A stretch of 64,000 bases of DNA from a candidate division WOR-3 bacterium (lineage in GTDB: Bacteria > Hydrothermota > Hydrothermia > UBA1063 > CAJXJZ01), in assembly GCA_026986775.1 (NCBI GenBank), contig JALSNX010000004.1, positions 471-64,470 of the forward strand. The letters are read 5' to 3'. Within the stretch, counting starts at the first letter, position 1; every line of letters begins with the position of its first letter. The notes below the pieces were generated by a model. That model ran no database searches. It saw only the letters and a list, made by a program, of their open reading frames with translations, and was not told the origin of the DNA. The translations under genes were made by a program, and so were the position numbers. This document shows positions 26,466-36,565 of the stretch, one piece after another.

Positions 26466-27575
26466 TTACTCTTCTGATTCTCCCTCTATTTCTTCTTCTG
26501 TCTCTATGTTTTCATCCAGTATCACAGCTCTCTGAGGCCTTTCCCATTCCCTTCCCACCATTGGCAGGCCGAGTTTTTCTCTGATAGTGAGGAAGAGCTT
26601 TTTGAAAAGTTCAGTATCCTCAATGAGTTTTTCTTTTAGACGTTCAGTACCCTGAAAGGTGTCCTGTGTTTCAAGTAGAGTGTACCATGTACCGCTCTTT
26701 TTGATAAGGCCGAGCTCAAGCCCGAGGTCTATTATTTCACCTTCAAGTGAAATCCCTTTACCAAAAACAATATCAAACTCCACCTCTCTAAATGGAGGAG
26801 CAACCTTATTTTTCACAACTTTAACCCTTACACGGTTCGCCACAGGCGCACCCTCTTTTGACTTCAAAGTGGCAATTCTTCGTATATCCAGTCTTACGGA
26901 GGCGTGAAACTTCAGGGCAAGTCCGCCTGGAGTTGTTTCAGGATTGCCAAAGCTGAAACGGGTATTTACTTTCTGCCTTATCTGGTTTATAAAAATAGCA
27001 CAGGTCTTGGAACGGGATAGCGCACCTGAAAGTTTTCTCATGGCCTTTGCCATAAGTCTTGCCTGGAGACCAACCTGAGAGTCGGTCATATCGCCCTCAA
27101 GCTCGGCTCTTGGCACAAGTGCAGCCACAGAATCCACAACAATAAGGTCAATAGCATTGCTCCGGGTCAACATATCAGCAATATCAAGTGCCTGTTCCCC
27201 TGTATCCGGTTGAGCAACAAGCAGGTCATCAACATTCACACCAAGGGCTTTTGCATAAGTTGGGTCAAGGGCATGCTCTGCATCAATAAATGCGGCCTTG
27301 CCACCCATCTTGTGAACCTCAGCTATAGCCTGAAGGGCAAGTGTGGTTTTTCCTGATGATTCCGGGCCAAAGATTTCTATAATCCTGCCACGCGGGTAGC
27401 CTCCAACACCAAGAGCATAGTCCAGTTTCAGTGAGCCTGTTGGAATAATATCCACATTAACTGCTGTATGCTCCCCCAATTTCATTACAGCACCTTTGCC
27501 GTACTGCTTTTCAATCTGTTTGAGTACGGCATCCAGCACCTTTTCTTTGTTTATTTTGTCTTTATTTTGAGCCAT
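26466..27575 (-). CDS. recA: recombinase RecA
   Basis: 369 aa. [25 protein letters not shown], acidic C-terminal tail. Confidence 0.98.
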   Translation of the reverse strand: MAQNKDKINKEKVLDAVLKQIEKQYGKGAVMKLGEHTAVNVDIIPTGSLKLDYALGVGGYPRGRIIEIFGPESSGKTTLALQAIAEVHKMGGKAAFIDAEHALDPTYAKALGVNVDDLLVAQPDTGEQALDIADMLTRSNAIDLIVVDSVAALVPRAELEGDMTDSQVGLQARLMAKAMRKLSGALSRSKTCAIFINQIRQKVNTRFSFGNPETTPGGLALKFHASVRLDIRRIATLKSKEGAPVANRVRVKVVKNKVAPPFREVEFDIVFGKGISLEGEIIDLGLELGLIKKSGTWYTLLETQDTFQGTERLKEKLIEDTELFKKLFLTIREKLGLPMVGREWERPQRAVILDENIETEEEIEGESEE

Positions 27576-27582
27576 TTGTACC

Positions 27583-28137
27583 TCACAGTTTAGGTGGTGT
27601 TACACCTCTCTGACCCTGGTATTTACCTTTTTTGTCCTTGTAGGATATTTCACACACATTATCAGCCTCTAAAAAGATTATCTGGGCTATTCCCTCATTA
27701 GCATATATCTTTGCGGGAAGCGGGGTGGTATTGGAGATTTCTATCGTTATATGACCTTCCCATTCAGGCTCAAGTGGAGTTATGTTAACAACGATGCCAC
27801 ACCTTGCATAGGTTGATTTTCCAAGACATATGCCCATAACTCCACGAGGTATTCTGAGATATTCAACACTCCGTGCCAGGCAGAAAGAGTTTGGGGGGAT
27901 AATACAATATTCACCTTTTATATCCACAAAGGACTTTGGCGAAAAGTTTTTGGGATCAACTATGCTTGAAAAAACATCTGTGAAAAGCTTGAATTCGTCT
28001 GCCACCCTTATATCATAGCCATAGGAAGAAAGGCCGTATGAGATTTTACCCTCTCTGACCTGTTTTTCCACGAATGGTTCAATCATCTTAAAATCGCGCG
28101 CCATTTCTTTTATCCATGTATCATTTTTGAGACCCAT
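27583..28137 (-). CDS. dcd: dCTP deaminase
   Basis: 184 aa. [28 protein letters not shown]. Confidence 0.92.
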   Translation of the reverse strand: MGLKNDTWIKEMARDFKMIEPFVEKQVREGKISYGLSSYGYDIRVADEFKLFTDVFSSIVDPKNFSPKSFVDIKGEYCIIPPNSFCLARSVEYLRIPRGVMGICLGKSTYARCGIVVNITPLEPEWEGHITIEISNTTPLPAKIYANEGIAQIIFLEADNVCEISYKDKKGKYQGQRGVTPPKL

Positions 28138-28189
28138 AAATTCCTCCTTTTGCTTTATAAAGATATAATGCCATCAGCGTAATTCAAAA

Positions 28190-30499
28190 TTACTCACATT
28201 TTGAAAAACCACAGTCACGACACACAAAGCACCCTTCCTGATAAATAAGAACGCCTCCACATTCAGGACATATATCGGCTTCACTGTGGGTTTCCTTCTT
28301 TTCCTTCCTTTTCCCTCCCACAAAAAGAGGCACTTTCGCAAGTCCTGGATTCCCCGATAAAAGCTCCAGTTGTTCGCCACCCTGCAGGAATTTTTCAAGG
28401 GACTTTGCTATAGCGTCGGGAACAGAAAATACCACACTCCCATCCTCCTGTCTTATTGGGGTTGAACTCTTTATTCCTTTGAGTTGTTTCACAATCTCGT
28501 TGGGGTTAACACCGGACCTCAATGCCAGAGAAATCAATCTTCCAATGGCTTCCGTAAAGGCCATTACAGAGGAACCGGATTTACCAAGGTGCACAAAAAC
28601 CTCTAAAAGTCCCTCGTCATCCTCGTTAATGGTAATATATAGTGTTCCCATCTCTGTTTGCATTCTGTATGTTCGTCCTTTTGTTACCTGTGGTCTTGGT
28701 CGTGGATTTCTTATTTCTTTATGAGATGCCTTCTCTTCTTTTTTTGCAGTTTCAAGGACCTGTACCTGCCTGGAGCCATCTCTATATACTGTAAGACCTT
28801 TAAGCCCCTTCCTGTAGGCTTCTTTATAAACGAGTTCTACATCCTCCACTTTGGCCTGATTGGGCATATTGATTGTCTTTGAGACGGCATTATCCACGTA
28901 TTTCTGGAAGGCAGCCTGCATATCCACATGGTGCATGGGGCTTACATCAAAGGTCGTATCAAATACATCCCTTACATATTCTGGAATTTCTTCAAAATCT
29001 TTAATGCTCCTCGCTCCAGCCACCTTTTCCCACAATTCCTTTGTGTAAAAGCCAAGTTCATGAGCCAGTTCCTCAAAGTATTTGTTGGCATAAACGAGAG
29101 ATTCACCACCAAGCACGTTCTTTTTGTAGGCAATGGTAAACAAGGGCTCTATCCCGCTGGAGGTCTCTGCTATCATTGATATGGTACCCGTTGGTGCGAT
29201 TGTTGTTATTGTCCCGTTTCTCATAGGAGACTTGTGTACGGAAAGTTTTATATTGGGAAAATCACCCTTCTTTTCTCCCAATTCTCTTGATTTTTCCAGT
29301 CCCTTCTCCTGTATAAATCCCATAATCTTCTCAGCTATCTTAAGGGCATCCTTGCTCCTGTATGGTATTCCAAGTTGTATCAGCATATCTGCAAAACCCA
29401 TAACACCAAGACCTATTTTTCTGTTGGCACGGGTAATATCCTCTATCTCTTTGAAGGGGAAGTGATTGGCATCAATAACATTATCAAGAAAGTGAACGGC
29501 GAGCTTTGTTATCTCTTCCAGCCTATTCCAGTCTATCATAGAAAGAGCCTCATCTAAAGAGGCTCTTCTTTTTTCTCTCAGTAGAAACTGTTTCCCTTTT
29601 ACAAACTTTGCAAGATTAATGGAGCCAAGATTACAGGATTCATACGGAAGCAGGGGCTGTTCTCCACAGGGATTGGTTGATTCTATCTCACCTGCGCCCG
29701 GTATGGGGTGTTTCTTGTTTATCCTGTCTATGAAAATTATACCCGGTTCTCCGTTCCTCCATGCACCATAAACGAGTTTATCAAAGACCTCTCTTGCTTT
29801 TAGTTTGCCCTGTACTTTTCCTGTTCTTGGATTAATAAGTTCGTATTCTGTATCCTTAAAAAGTGCGTCCATAAATTTGTCTGTAATGGCTACGGAAATA
29901 TTAAAGTTTGCAAGTTCTCCCTCTTTCTTTTTGGACTCAATGAATTCTATAATATCAGGGTGGTCAACACGGAGTATGCCCATGTTGGCACCTCTTCTCC
30001 TCCCACCCTGCTTTACAGCCTCCGTAGCCTCATTAAACACCCTCATAAAAGATACCGGCCCGGAAGCTATGCCCCCTGTGCTTTTCACAATATCATTTCT
30101 TGGTCTTAAGCGTGAAAAAGAAAAACCAGTACCTCCTCCAGTTTTATGAATAATAGCTGTTCTCTTAATAGCTTCAAATATAGCCTCCATGGAATCTTCT
30201 ACTGGAAGAACAAAACATGCAGAAAGCTGCCCCAGCGGAGTACCCGCATTCATCAGTGTGGGAGAGTTGGGCTGAAAGTAAAACTCCACCATCATATTGT
30301 AAAATTCTTCAAACAGTTTTGTGCTTGAATACCCGGAATCATAGTCGTTTTCCACATCTGATATAACCTTTGCAACGCGTGCATACATCTCTTCAGGTGT
30401 TTCCACTACTTTGCCATTTTCATCCTTTTTAAGGTAGCGTTTTTCTAAAATTAAACGTGAATTCTTTGAGAGATTAGGTTTTTTTAGTGATTTGCGCAT
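28190..30499 (-). CDS. nrdJ: class II (adenosylcobalamin-dependent) ribonucleotide reductase
   Basis: Start set at MRKSLKK (RBS AAGGAGCGGG). SNPCGEQPLLPYESCNLGS active-site region. C-terminal Zn ribbon CPECGG..CFVCRDCG. Confidence 0.92.
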   Translation of the reverse strand: MRKSLKKPNLSKNSRLILEKRYLKKDENGKVVETPEEMYARVAKVISDVENDYDSGYSSTKLFEEFYNMMVEFYFQPNSPTLMNAGTPLGQLSACFVLPVEDSMEAIFEAIKRTAIIHKTGGGTGFSFSRLRPRNDIVKSTGGIASGPVSFMRVFNEATEAVKQGGRRRGANMGILRVDHPDIIEFIESKKKEGELANFNISVAITDKFMDALFKDTEYELINPRTGKVQGKLKAREVFDKLVYGAWRNGEPGIIFIDRINKKHPIPGAGEIESTNPCGEQPLLPYESCNLGSINLAKFVKGKQFLLREKRRASLDEALSMIDWNRLEEITKLAVHFLDNVIDANHFPFKEIEDITRANRKIGLGVMGFADMLIQLGIPYRSKDALKIAEKIMGFIQEKGLEKSRELGEKKGDFPNIKLSVHKSPMRNGTITTIAPTGTISMIAETSSGIEPLFTIAYKKNVLGGESLVYANKYFEELAHELGFYTKELWEKVAGARSIKDFEEIPEYVRDVFDTTFDVSPMHHVDMQAAFQKYVDNAVSKTINMPNQAKVEDVELVYKEAYRKGLKGLTVYRDGSRQVQVLETAKKEEKASHKEIRNPRPRPQVTKGRTYRMQTEMGTLYITINEDDEGLLEVFVHLGKSGSSVMAFTEAIGRLISLALRSGVNPNEIVKQLKGIKSSTPIRQEDGSVVFSVPDAIAKSLEKFLQGGEQLELLSGNPGLAKVPLFVGGKRKEKKETHSEADICPECGGVLIYQEGCFVCRDCGFSKCE

Positions 30500-30652
30500 T
30501 TTCCCGCTCCTTTTGGTGTGGGTTAGATTATTATGCAATGTATGGATTGGGTCAATACGGCACGAAATACGGTGAAATTACTTGCATTTTGACACTTATT
30601 GCAAACACGTTTCATCATATATTTTGTTATAACCTATTGTGGGAGTTAGGAC

Positions 30653-31369
30653 TCAATTTCTGCTCTCAACTGTGTTAATTTTTATGACATCAAATAAATT
30701 TATATATTTTCTTCCCATGGGAAGGTTATCAAAGTACAGGTTGAGTTCCATGTCTATTTCCTTTAAGTCGTAATCACCGGTGAACACTCTGGTAAACACT
30801 TTAAGCCTTTTATTATGCTCCATCACAAGCTTTTTCCATCTAAGAAAGGCATGAGTATAGTCAGAATGAAAGTACTCTTCTAAAAAATTGCCCAAAATTT
30901 CTTTAGTATTGTAAGTTTTTCCTGTTTCAAGGAACATGGATGTAACTTTTCTATCAAGTTCAGGGAAGGACTTCTGGTTTACGTTGATCCCGATTCCGTT
31001 CACCGTGTAAGATCCCCTTCTTTCCACCAGAATACCGGCTATTTTCCCGTTATCCGTATAGATGTCATTGGGTAGAATTATTCGGGTTTTAATACCAAAT
31101 GTGCTGAGTGTATCGTGTAGTGCCAGTGTTGTACACACAAGCAGTTCATTATTGAACCTGTCGTTTTCAACTATGGAGAAGTATAGACCGCCTATTTCTG
31201 AAATCCATCTCCTGCCATATCGGCCCTTTCCGTAGAGCTGTTTATTTGCTTTTACCACGAAGGGGACTCTTATTCTCTTCTGTATTAAGAGTTCCCACGC
31301 CTTATCATTTGTTGAATCAAGCGTATCGTATGAAAAAATTGTATACCTATCCAAGGGCAGCAATTCCAA
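30653..31369 (-). CDS. birA: biotin-protein ligase (no N-terminal HTH)
   Basis: 238 aa. GKGRYGRRW motif (GRGRxGRxW type). Confidence 0.85.
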   Translation of the reverse strand: MELLPLDRYTIFSYDTLDSTNDKAWELLIQKRIRVPFVVKANKQLYGKGRYGRRWISEIGGLYFSIVENDRFNNELLVCTTLALHDTLSTFGIKTRIILPNDIYTDNGKIAGILVERRGSYTVNGIGINVNQKSFPELDRKVTSMFLETGKTYNTKEILGNFLEEYFHSDYTHAFLRWKKLVMEHNKRLKVFTRVFTGDYDLKEIDMELNLYFDNLPMGRKYINLFDVIKINTVESRN

Positions 31370-32237
31370 AGGCTATTGAGTAGAGCTTTCTATCCGGTGT
31401 ATCAGAACGAGAAAGGAGAATAATGGGGGCTTTTGCTCCTGCTATAATACCACCAACCTTTGCACCTGCAAAATAGATAAGGGCCTTTGATAGAATATTT
31501 CCAGATGCCACGTCAGGACATAGCCAGATATCAGCTTCCTGGCTTACAGTTGTATTGATACCTTTCATTTGTGCTGCCTCTCTGCTTGCCACGATATCAA
31601 AACCAAGGGGTCCATCAAAGATAAAATTGCCCCCGAAGACACCTCTTTCAGCCATTTTTGAAAGCACAGCATAATCAATGGTCTCGGGCATATTTTCAGA
31701 GACCTGTTCAATGGAAGCAAGACCTGCTGCCTTTATTTCTTCATACCCCAGTTTTTTTAGAATCCCTATTGCATTTTTGAGGATCTCTACCTTTGTTTTT
31801 AAGTCTGGACGTATGTTCATACCTGCATCTGTGAGAAAAACAAGCCTTTCGTATCCTGCAACTTCCTGAACAGCAACATGTGAGAGTATCTGGCCCGAGC
31901 GCAATCCCTTTTCCTTATCAAGTACAGCCCTTAAAAAGTCAGGGGTTGATATCTTGCCTTTCATAAGAAAATCAGCCTTCCTTTCTTTTACGAATGATAT
32001 TGCAGTATATGCGGCCTCTTTTGGCGTTTCAGCGTGGTAAACCTCAAAATCTTTTAGATTCACCTCTGAAGCAAGTGCATTTATTCTATCGCTGTTTCCA
32101 AACAAAACAGGATATGCCAGATCTTCACTCAGTTTAAGTCCTTCCATAACCTCTTTTGACATTGGATAAACCACTGCTATTCTCTTTTTACCCTTTCTTC
32201 TTGCAAATTCAATGAGGTCATTCATTGATTTAATCAT
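31347..32237 (-). CDS. ptb: phosphate acyl(butyryl/acetyl)transferase, PTA_PTB family
   Basis: 296 aa, typical family layout. No cognate acyl kinase in the window. Confidence 0.75.
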   Translation of the reverse strand: MIKSMNDLIEFARRKGKKRIAVVYPMSKEVMEGLKLSEDLAYPVLFGNSDRINALASEVNLKDFEVYHAETPKEAAYTAISFVKERKADFLMKGKISTPDFLRAVLDKEKGLRSGQILSHVAVQEVAGYERLVFLTDAGMNIRPDLKTKVEILKNAIGILKKLGYEEIKAAGLASIEQVSENMPETIDYAVLSKMAERGVFGGNFIFDGPLGFDIVASREAAQMKGINTTVSQEADIWLCPDVASGNILSKALIYFAGAKVGGIIAGAKAPIILLSRSDTPDRKLYSIAFGIAALG

Positions 32238-32769
32238 TGGCCTTCTCCTTTTTCAGAAGTTCTTTTAAAAGTCTCCTTGCTCTATTAAAAAAATCCAGAG
32301 TAATTTTATCCCTGTAATCAGGATAGGTCCATTGAAGGGGCATAAATCCATCTTTTTTTCTGTAAATCAGGGTTACCTCACCGTATATTCCATCTTTAAG
32401 ATAAATTCTATGAGAATAACTCTTGGTCGTCACGAGGACCATATTCTGTAAAGATACGTAACCTGGATCAAGATTAAATACACGATTACCTCCTACCGCA
32501 TATTCCATTTCCAGTTTATTTGTTGTGTGCTTTATGGAGGATATTTCTTCTGGATTTATCAGTTTTGAAAAGGCTACCCACTTTCTAAAGAGATTCTTTC
32601 CCATCTCTTTCTCATAGTAGTCAGTATGATTAAACTTTACATAAGGGGTTTCTTCTATTATGGTACCGAAAGCTTTTTCCAGAACTTCTAAAGCCTGGTC
32701 TTTGTAATCTGATTGTGCGATTATACCACTGAACAGCAATACCGGTAAAGGTGTTTTAACACTCCCCAT
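32230..32769 (-). CDS. DUF4416-family protein
   Basis: Start set at M29. NLDPGYVSLQNMVLVTTKSYSHRIYL..GIY.E.TL resembles DUF4416. Confidence 0.55.
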   Translation of the reverse strand: MGSVKTPLPVLLFSGIIAQSDYKDQALEVLEKAFGTIIEETPYVKFNHTDYYEKEMGKNLFRKWVAFSKLINPEEISSIKHTTNKLEMEYAVGGNRVFNLDPGYVSLQNMVLVTTKSYSHRIYLKDGIYGEVTLIYRKKDGFMPLQWTYPDYRDKITLDFFNRARRLLKELLKKEKAND

Positions 32770-32883
32770 GTCTTTGTAAATTATATATCTGCGGTTGAGT
32801 AGTTGCAAGTAATAGAATGAGTTAAAAGTATGTCCAATAACCACAATGTCCATCGGATTTTTTGTATGTCATTTTAAGGTAGT

Positions 32884-33807
32884 TCACTTCAAAAGACCGT
32901 CAATTTTATTTAAAATTTCTTCTGGCATTATCCCTCTCAGACATCTTAAGTCTCCGTATTTACATTTTTTTTCTCCGTGAAGTGAACATGGTCTGCACTT
33001 TAAATCCTTTCGTTCAAACAAAAACACGGGCGCCTTTGATACTGGTCTGAAGCCAAATTCAGGAATTGTTGGACCGAAAATAACAAATAGTGGGGTATTG
33101 ACGGCTGCTGCAATATGTGCAGGCCCTGAGTCGTTTGAAAGAACAAGTTGGGAATATTTTATGGCATTGACTATATAGGAAAGCGGTTTCATACCAATTC
33201 TATTTATTATGTATGGTTTTTGGGGAAGCTCCATTTCCTCCGCACCCATGTACACTGAGGGAATATGGTATTTCTCAAATATGCTGCTGGATACCTTTAA
33301 AAAATACTCAAGGGGCCACATTTTTTGTCTTTGACTGGCTCCTGGAAAAACGGCTATGTATCTGTCTGGTAACCCTTCTACTTTAAAAAAGGGAAGTTTA
33401 AGAGAGGGTAATGGATAAGTTGTGTCGTCAAAGTATTTCTGCAGGGGGGTTACATAGAGTTTGTATAAAGGGACTTCTTTTATCCTTTTCTTAAACCATA
33501 CTGCCAGCCTTCTCTGGACAGGGCGTTTGTTGAACATGCATTTCTTTCTGGCCTTAACTTTAAAAAGCATGGAAAGTGTCTTTGGCTTGGCGTGGAGGTC
33601 ACAGGCCAGATCAAAGGGTTCGTTTCCTATTGCTTTCAGGTCTGATTCATCCAGAAGGCGTTCTATTCGGTTATCCTGGATAAAAAGCTCAAAATATTTT
33701 CTTTTTGTAATAAGTGTAACTTTACCCTTATCCTTCAGGTACTCAAGAGCGGATGTCATTATCACAATGTCTCCAAGGGCTGAGAGCCTTATAAGCAGGA
33801 TATTCAT
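32884..33807 (-). CDS. glycosyltransferase family 9 (LPS heptosyltransferase-like)
   Basis: 307 aa. MNILLIRLSALGDIV, NDSGPAHIAAA. Confidence 0.85.
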   Translation of the reverse strand: MNILLIRLSALGDIVIMTSALEYLKDKGKVTLITKRKYFELFIQDNRIERLLDESDLKAIGNEPFDLACDLHAKPKTLSMLFKVKARKKCMFNKRPVQRRLAVWFKKRIKEVPLYKLYVTPLQKYFDDTTYPLPSLKLPFFKVEGLPDRYIAVFPGASQRQKMWPLEYFLKVSSSIFEKYHIPSVYMGAEEMELPQKPYIINRIGMKPLSYIVNAIKYSQLVLSNDSGPAHIAAAVNTPLFVIFGPTIPEFGFRPVSKAPVFLFERKDLKCRPCSLHGEKKCKYGDLRCLRGIMPEEILNKIDGLLK

Positions 33808-35438
33808 CAGAACATCTCGCCTATTGCAATGTTTAAATGCACGTTGTTGAGTTCATGTATGGGAGAGGCGATGTCAAGTCTGATAGGTCCTGCGGGTGTG
33901 TAGAATCTGAGTCCTGCGCCCGGTGTCTGTATAAAATCATGCATACCTGTAAGAACATAAAAGTTGTCAAGGAAAAGAGCCATACCAAACCATCGTGTCA
34001 GTTTTCTCCGTATTTCCAGGTTGAAGAGTATGCCTCCATCAGTCATAATATAGTCTCTTCCGGTACCTCGCAAGCTACCATCTCCCCCTATTCTGAACTT
34101 TTCATCAAGAGGTATTGTGCTTGTAGTACCAAAGGGCTTCTGGTACATTAAGGTGTTGTGAAGTGCGAAAACATAACCTTCAATACTGTGGTATAAAGAT
34201 AAAGACAGATATCCACGTCTGAAGGAGAAATCACCTTTCAAGATCCCACCTGTTTCCTGGAGTTTTATCGTGTATTTTATTCCACGTGTTGGATAGAAGA
34301 AGTTATTTGTTCTATTTGCACTGAAGGTAATAATGGCAGTGTTTGATATACCGTGTTCGTCTCTTCCCATACTGAGATTTTTCCAGCCTATGAAAAATCT
34401 CAGTATTGAGTAGTTGCTTAATCTTTTCCCTAAAGATACATCAAAACCATAAAGCTCATTTCCCAGTTCATAGTCCCTTACATAAAAAGGATGGGTCTGA
34501 AAAGAGAGTTTTTCCCCAAGAAAAAGAGGTTCTGTGTAATAGATTTCCACCTTTCTGCGAAGTGGATATTTTATGGACCTGAGAAACTCATACTGGATGG
34601 TTATTTTTTGTGCATTACCAAAGATGTTGTCATGTCCGAGCCTGAAGGTGCCGTGAAACTCCTCGGGTATATTGTATCCACCTGATAGACGCACAAATCG
34701 TGAAGGTGATGGGGTTGCCCTTATTATTACGGTAAGGGTTGAGTCGGATGTTTCTTTCAGGGAATAGGTGGTACCCTCATAAATACCAAGAGCATTTATT
34801 TCCCTGAGACTCTTCAGTATGAGTTCACGTGAAAAAAACTGCCCCCTTTTAATGAGTATAACCTTCTTTATGAGAGCACTCCTGACACCAGGTACTCTTT
34901 CAATATGAACGGAGTCTATAATGTACCTTTTTCCAGTGCGTACGCGTATGTCCACATCCACAGTATGGGAGGATTTGTCGGGTATGACAGAGTCAGTTAT
35001 ACTGACAAATGGATATCCACGGTTTGCATAGAAGCGGATTATATAGTCTTCAATTTCTCCCAAAAGTTCGTATGAGAAATAACCTTTAATATTTCTGTGT
35101 TTTAAAACAGAGGTCTCCTTTAAAACCTTCTCTGGATGTATGTTGATCTTGTTGACAATATAGCGCTTTTCCTCTTTTACTTCAAGTATTATGTTTACCT
35201 TCGTTTTCTTGAATTCTATTTTCTTTTCAGCCACACTGACGTCAAAAAAACCGTATCCTCTGTAAAGGTCAATTATTCCTGCTTCTCTACTGCGCAAGTA
35301 CAGGAGATTGTATGGTGTACCTTTTTTGATGGAGAGGATTTTTTTTAACTCTCTTGCAGAGAAGAAATTTGAACCTTCAATTTTGATGCTATTGAATCTT
35401 AATAATGCTGATACCAGAAGAAGAAATAGGGTATGCAT
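33807..35438 (-). CDS. BamA/TamA-family outer-membrane protein (POTRA + Omp85 barrel)
   Basis: 543 aa. POTRA-like N-terminus (I.I.G......EL), FRIGGDGSLRG, C-terminal ..IAIGEMF. Confidence 0.8.
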   Translation of the reverse strand: MHTLFLLLVSALLRFNSIKIEGSNFFSARELKKILSIKKGTPYNLLYLRSREAGIIDLYRGYGFFDVSVAEKKIEFKKTKVNIILEVKEEKRYIVNKINIHPEKVLKETSVLKHRNIKGYFSYELLGEIEDYIIRFYANRGYPFVSITDSVIPDKSSHTVDVDIRVRTGKRYIIDSVHIERVPGVRSALIKKVILIKRGQFFSRELILKSLREINALGIYEGTTYSLKETSDSTLTVIIRATPSPSRFVRLSGGYNIPEEFHGTFRLGHDNIFGNAQKITIQYEFLRSIKYPLRRKVEIYYTEPLFLGEKLSFQTHPFYVRDYELGNELYGFDVSLGKRLSNYSILRFFIGWKNLSMGRDEHGISNTAIITFSANRTNNFFYPTRGIKYTIKLQETGGILKGDFSFRRGYLSLSLYHSIEGYVFALHNTLMYQKPFGTTSTIPLDEKFRIGGDGSLRGTGRDYIMTDGGILFNLEIRRKLTRWFGMALFLDNFYVLTGMHDFIQTPGAGLRFYTPAGPIRLDIASPIHELNNVHLNIAIGEMF

Positions 35439-35470
35439 TGGAAAAGTGGAGGGGCACAGGGCCCCTCACT

Positions 35471-36565
35471 TTACAGTTCTTTGAATCTGTTCTTCAGTTT
35501 TTCAAGGACTTCGGGAAGCGTGGTATATTCCATTTCTTTAAGGTGAAGTCTGTGAGGTTCAAAAGGTCCGTGACGTCTTAAATAATCAGATATTACATTT
35601 GCTGTTTTTCTTGCTTCATCAAAGGATGGGTCATCAAACATGTCTCGTGGTCCTATTAGTTTACCCTCTGCAAGCTGAAAGCCCGCGGCGATGACCCTTG
35701 GAGGACCATCAAACCTTGCTGGGTTTGCCTCATGAAAAGCGACGGGCATCATTGGTCCTGTATGTGAGCCCCTCATCCAGCCTGAAACAAGATGAGGAAA
35801 GGCAAAAGGCTCAAGTATTTCTCCCACAGCAGGGAATCCTGATTGTGCCCTTACAATCAATACCGGGTCATCCTTACCAATGTATCTTCCTGCCATCATG
35901 GAGAGTTTCTGGGTAGAACTTACAGCTGCGATTTCTCCGTTATCTCTTCTGTAAACCTCTTTGATTATGTAATGCTCCATTGCTCCTATAAGCACTAGCA
36001 TATCGTAGGTGTCCTCAGGGAGATTAAACTCAACAAGACGGTTTTCGTAAACATCCAGCACACTGAATTTAAAGCCCCCGTGCATTTTGGGGTCTATCAC
36101 AAGACCCGCTGTATTGAATGGATCGCCGAATATCCTGTACAGTGGAAGGTTCCATGCTCCCGGTGATGTTTTGTCGGCCATAAAAATAATGATGGGTTCT
36201 GATGGCCGCTCCTCAAATTCCATTTCTGCAACACCTGGTCCGAGCCCTTTGATATTTCCAGAAAATGCATCCTGCAGGAGGTCCTGGCCTGCGCCATAGA
36301 GTTTCAATTTTTTAGCTTCTTCTGTACATTTTTCAAATATGTTCCATGCCAGCCCGTGTATTTCTTCGGAATCAACACCTTTTTGATGCGTCATAACAAG
36401 CTGTAGGTCGTCTCCAACTCTAAGGACGTGAAAGTCAATGATTTTACCATTATCCTGAGCCTTTTTCAGCTCTTCTTCGGCAACCTCCATTAACCTTGGA
36501 TGCATTCCAGAATGGCCCACATAGCCTCCAATGTCTGCTTTGATAACAGATAGAGTTACCTTCAT
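35471..36565 (-). CDS. fbp: bifunctional fructose-1,6-bisphosphate aldolase/phosphatase (class V FBPase)
   Basis: 364 aa. MKVTLSVIKADIGGYVGHS N-terminus diagnostic of the archaeal-type enzyme. Confidence 0.92.
   Translation of the reverse strand: MKVTLSVIKADIGGYVGHSGMHPRLMEVAEEELKKAQDNGKIIDFHVLRVGDDLQLVMTHQKGVDSEEIHGLAWNIFEKCTEEAKKLKLYGAGQDLLQDAFSGNIKGLGPGVAEMEFEERPSEPIIIFMADKTSPGAWNLPLYRIFGDPFNTAGLVIDPKMHGGFKFSVLDVYENRLVEFNLPEDTYDMLVLIGAMEHYIIKEVYRRDNGEIAAVSSTQKLSMMAGRYIGKDDPVLIVRAQSGFPAVGEILEPFAFPHLVSGWMRGSHTGPMMPVAFHEANPARFDGPPRVIAAGFQLAEGKLIGPRDMFDDPSFDEARKTANVISDYLRRHGPFEPHRLHLKEMEYTTLPEVLEKLKNRFKEL

Noticed and set aside
30500-30652. Possible NrdR boxes or a cobalamin riboswitch in the nrdJ leader
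   Set aside because: On the minus strand, CCACAATAGGTTATAA and ACAAAATATATGATGA match the NrdR-box consensus at only about 10-12 of 16 positions. They are adjacent rather than about 31-32 bp apart. The leader is too short for a B12 riboswitch, and no nrdR gene is in the window.
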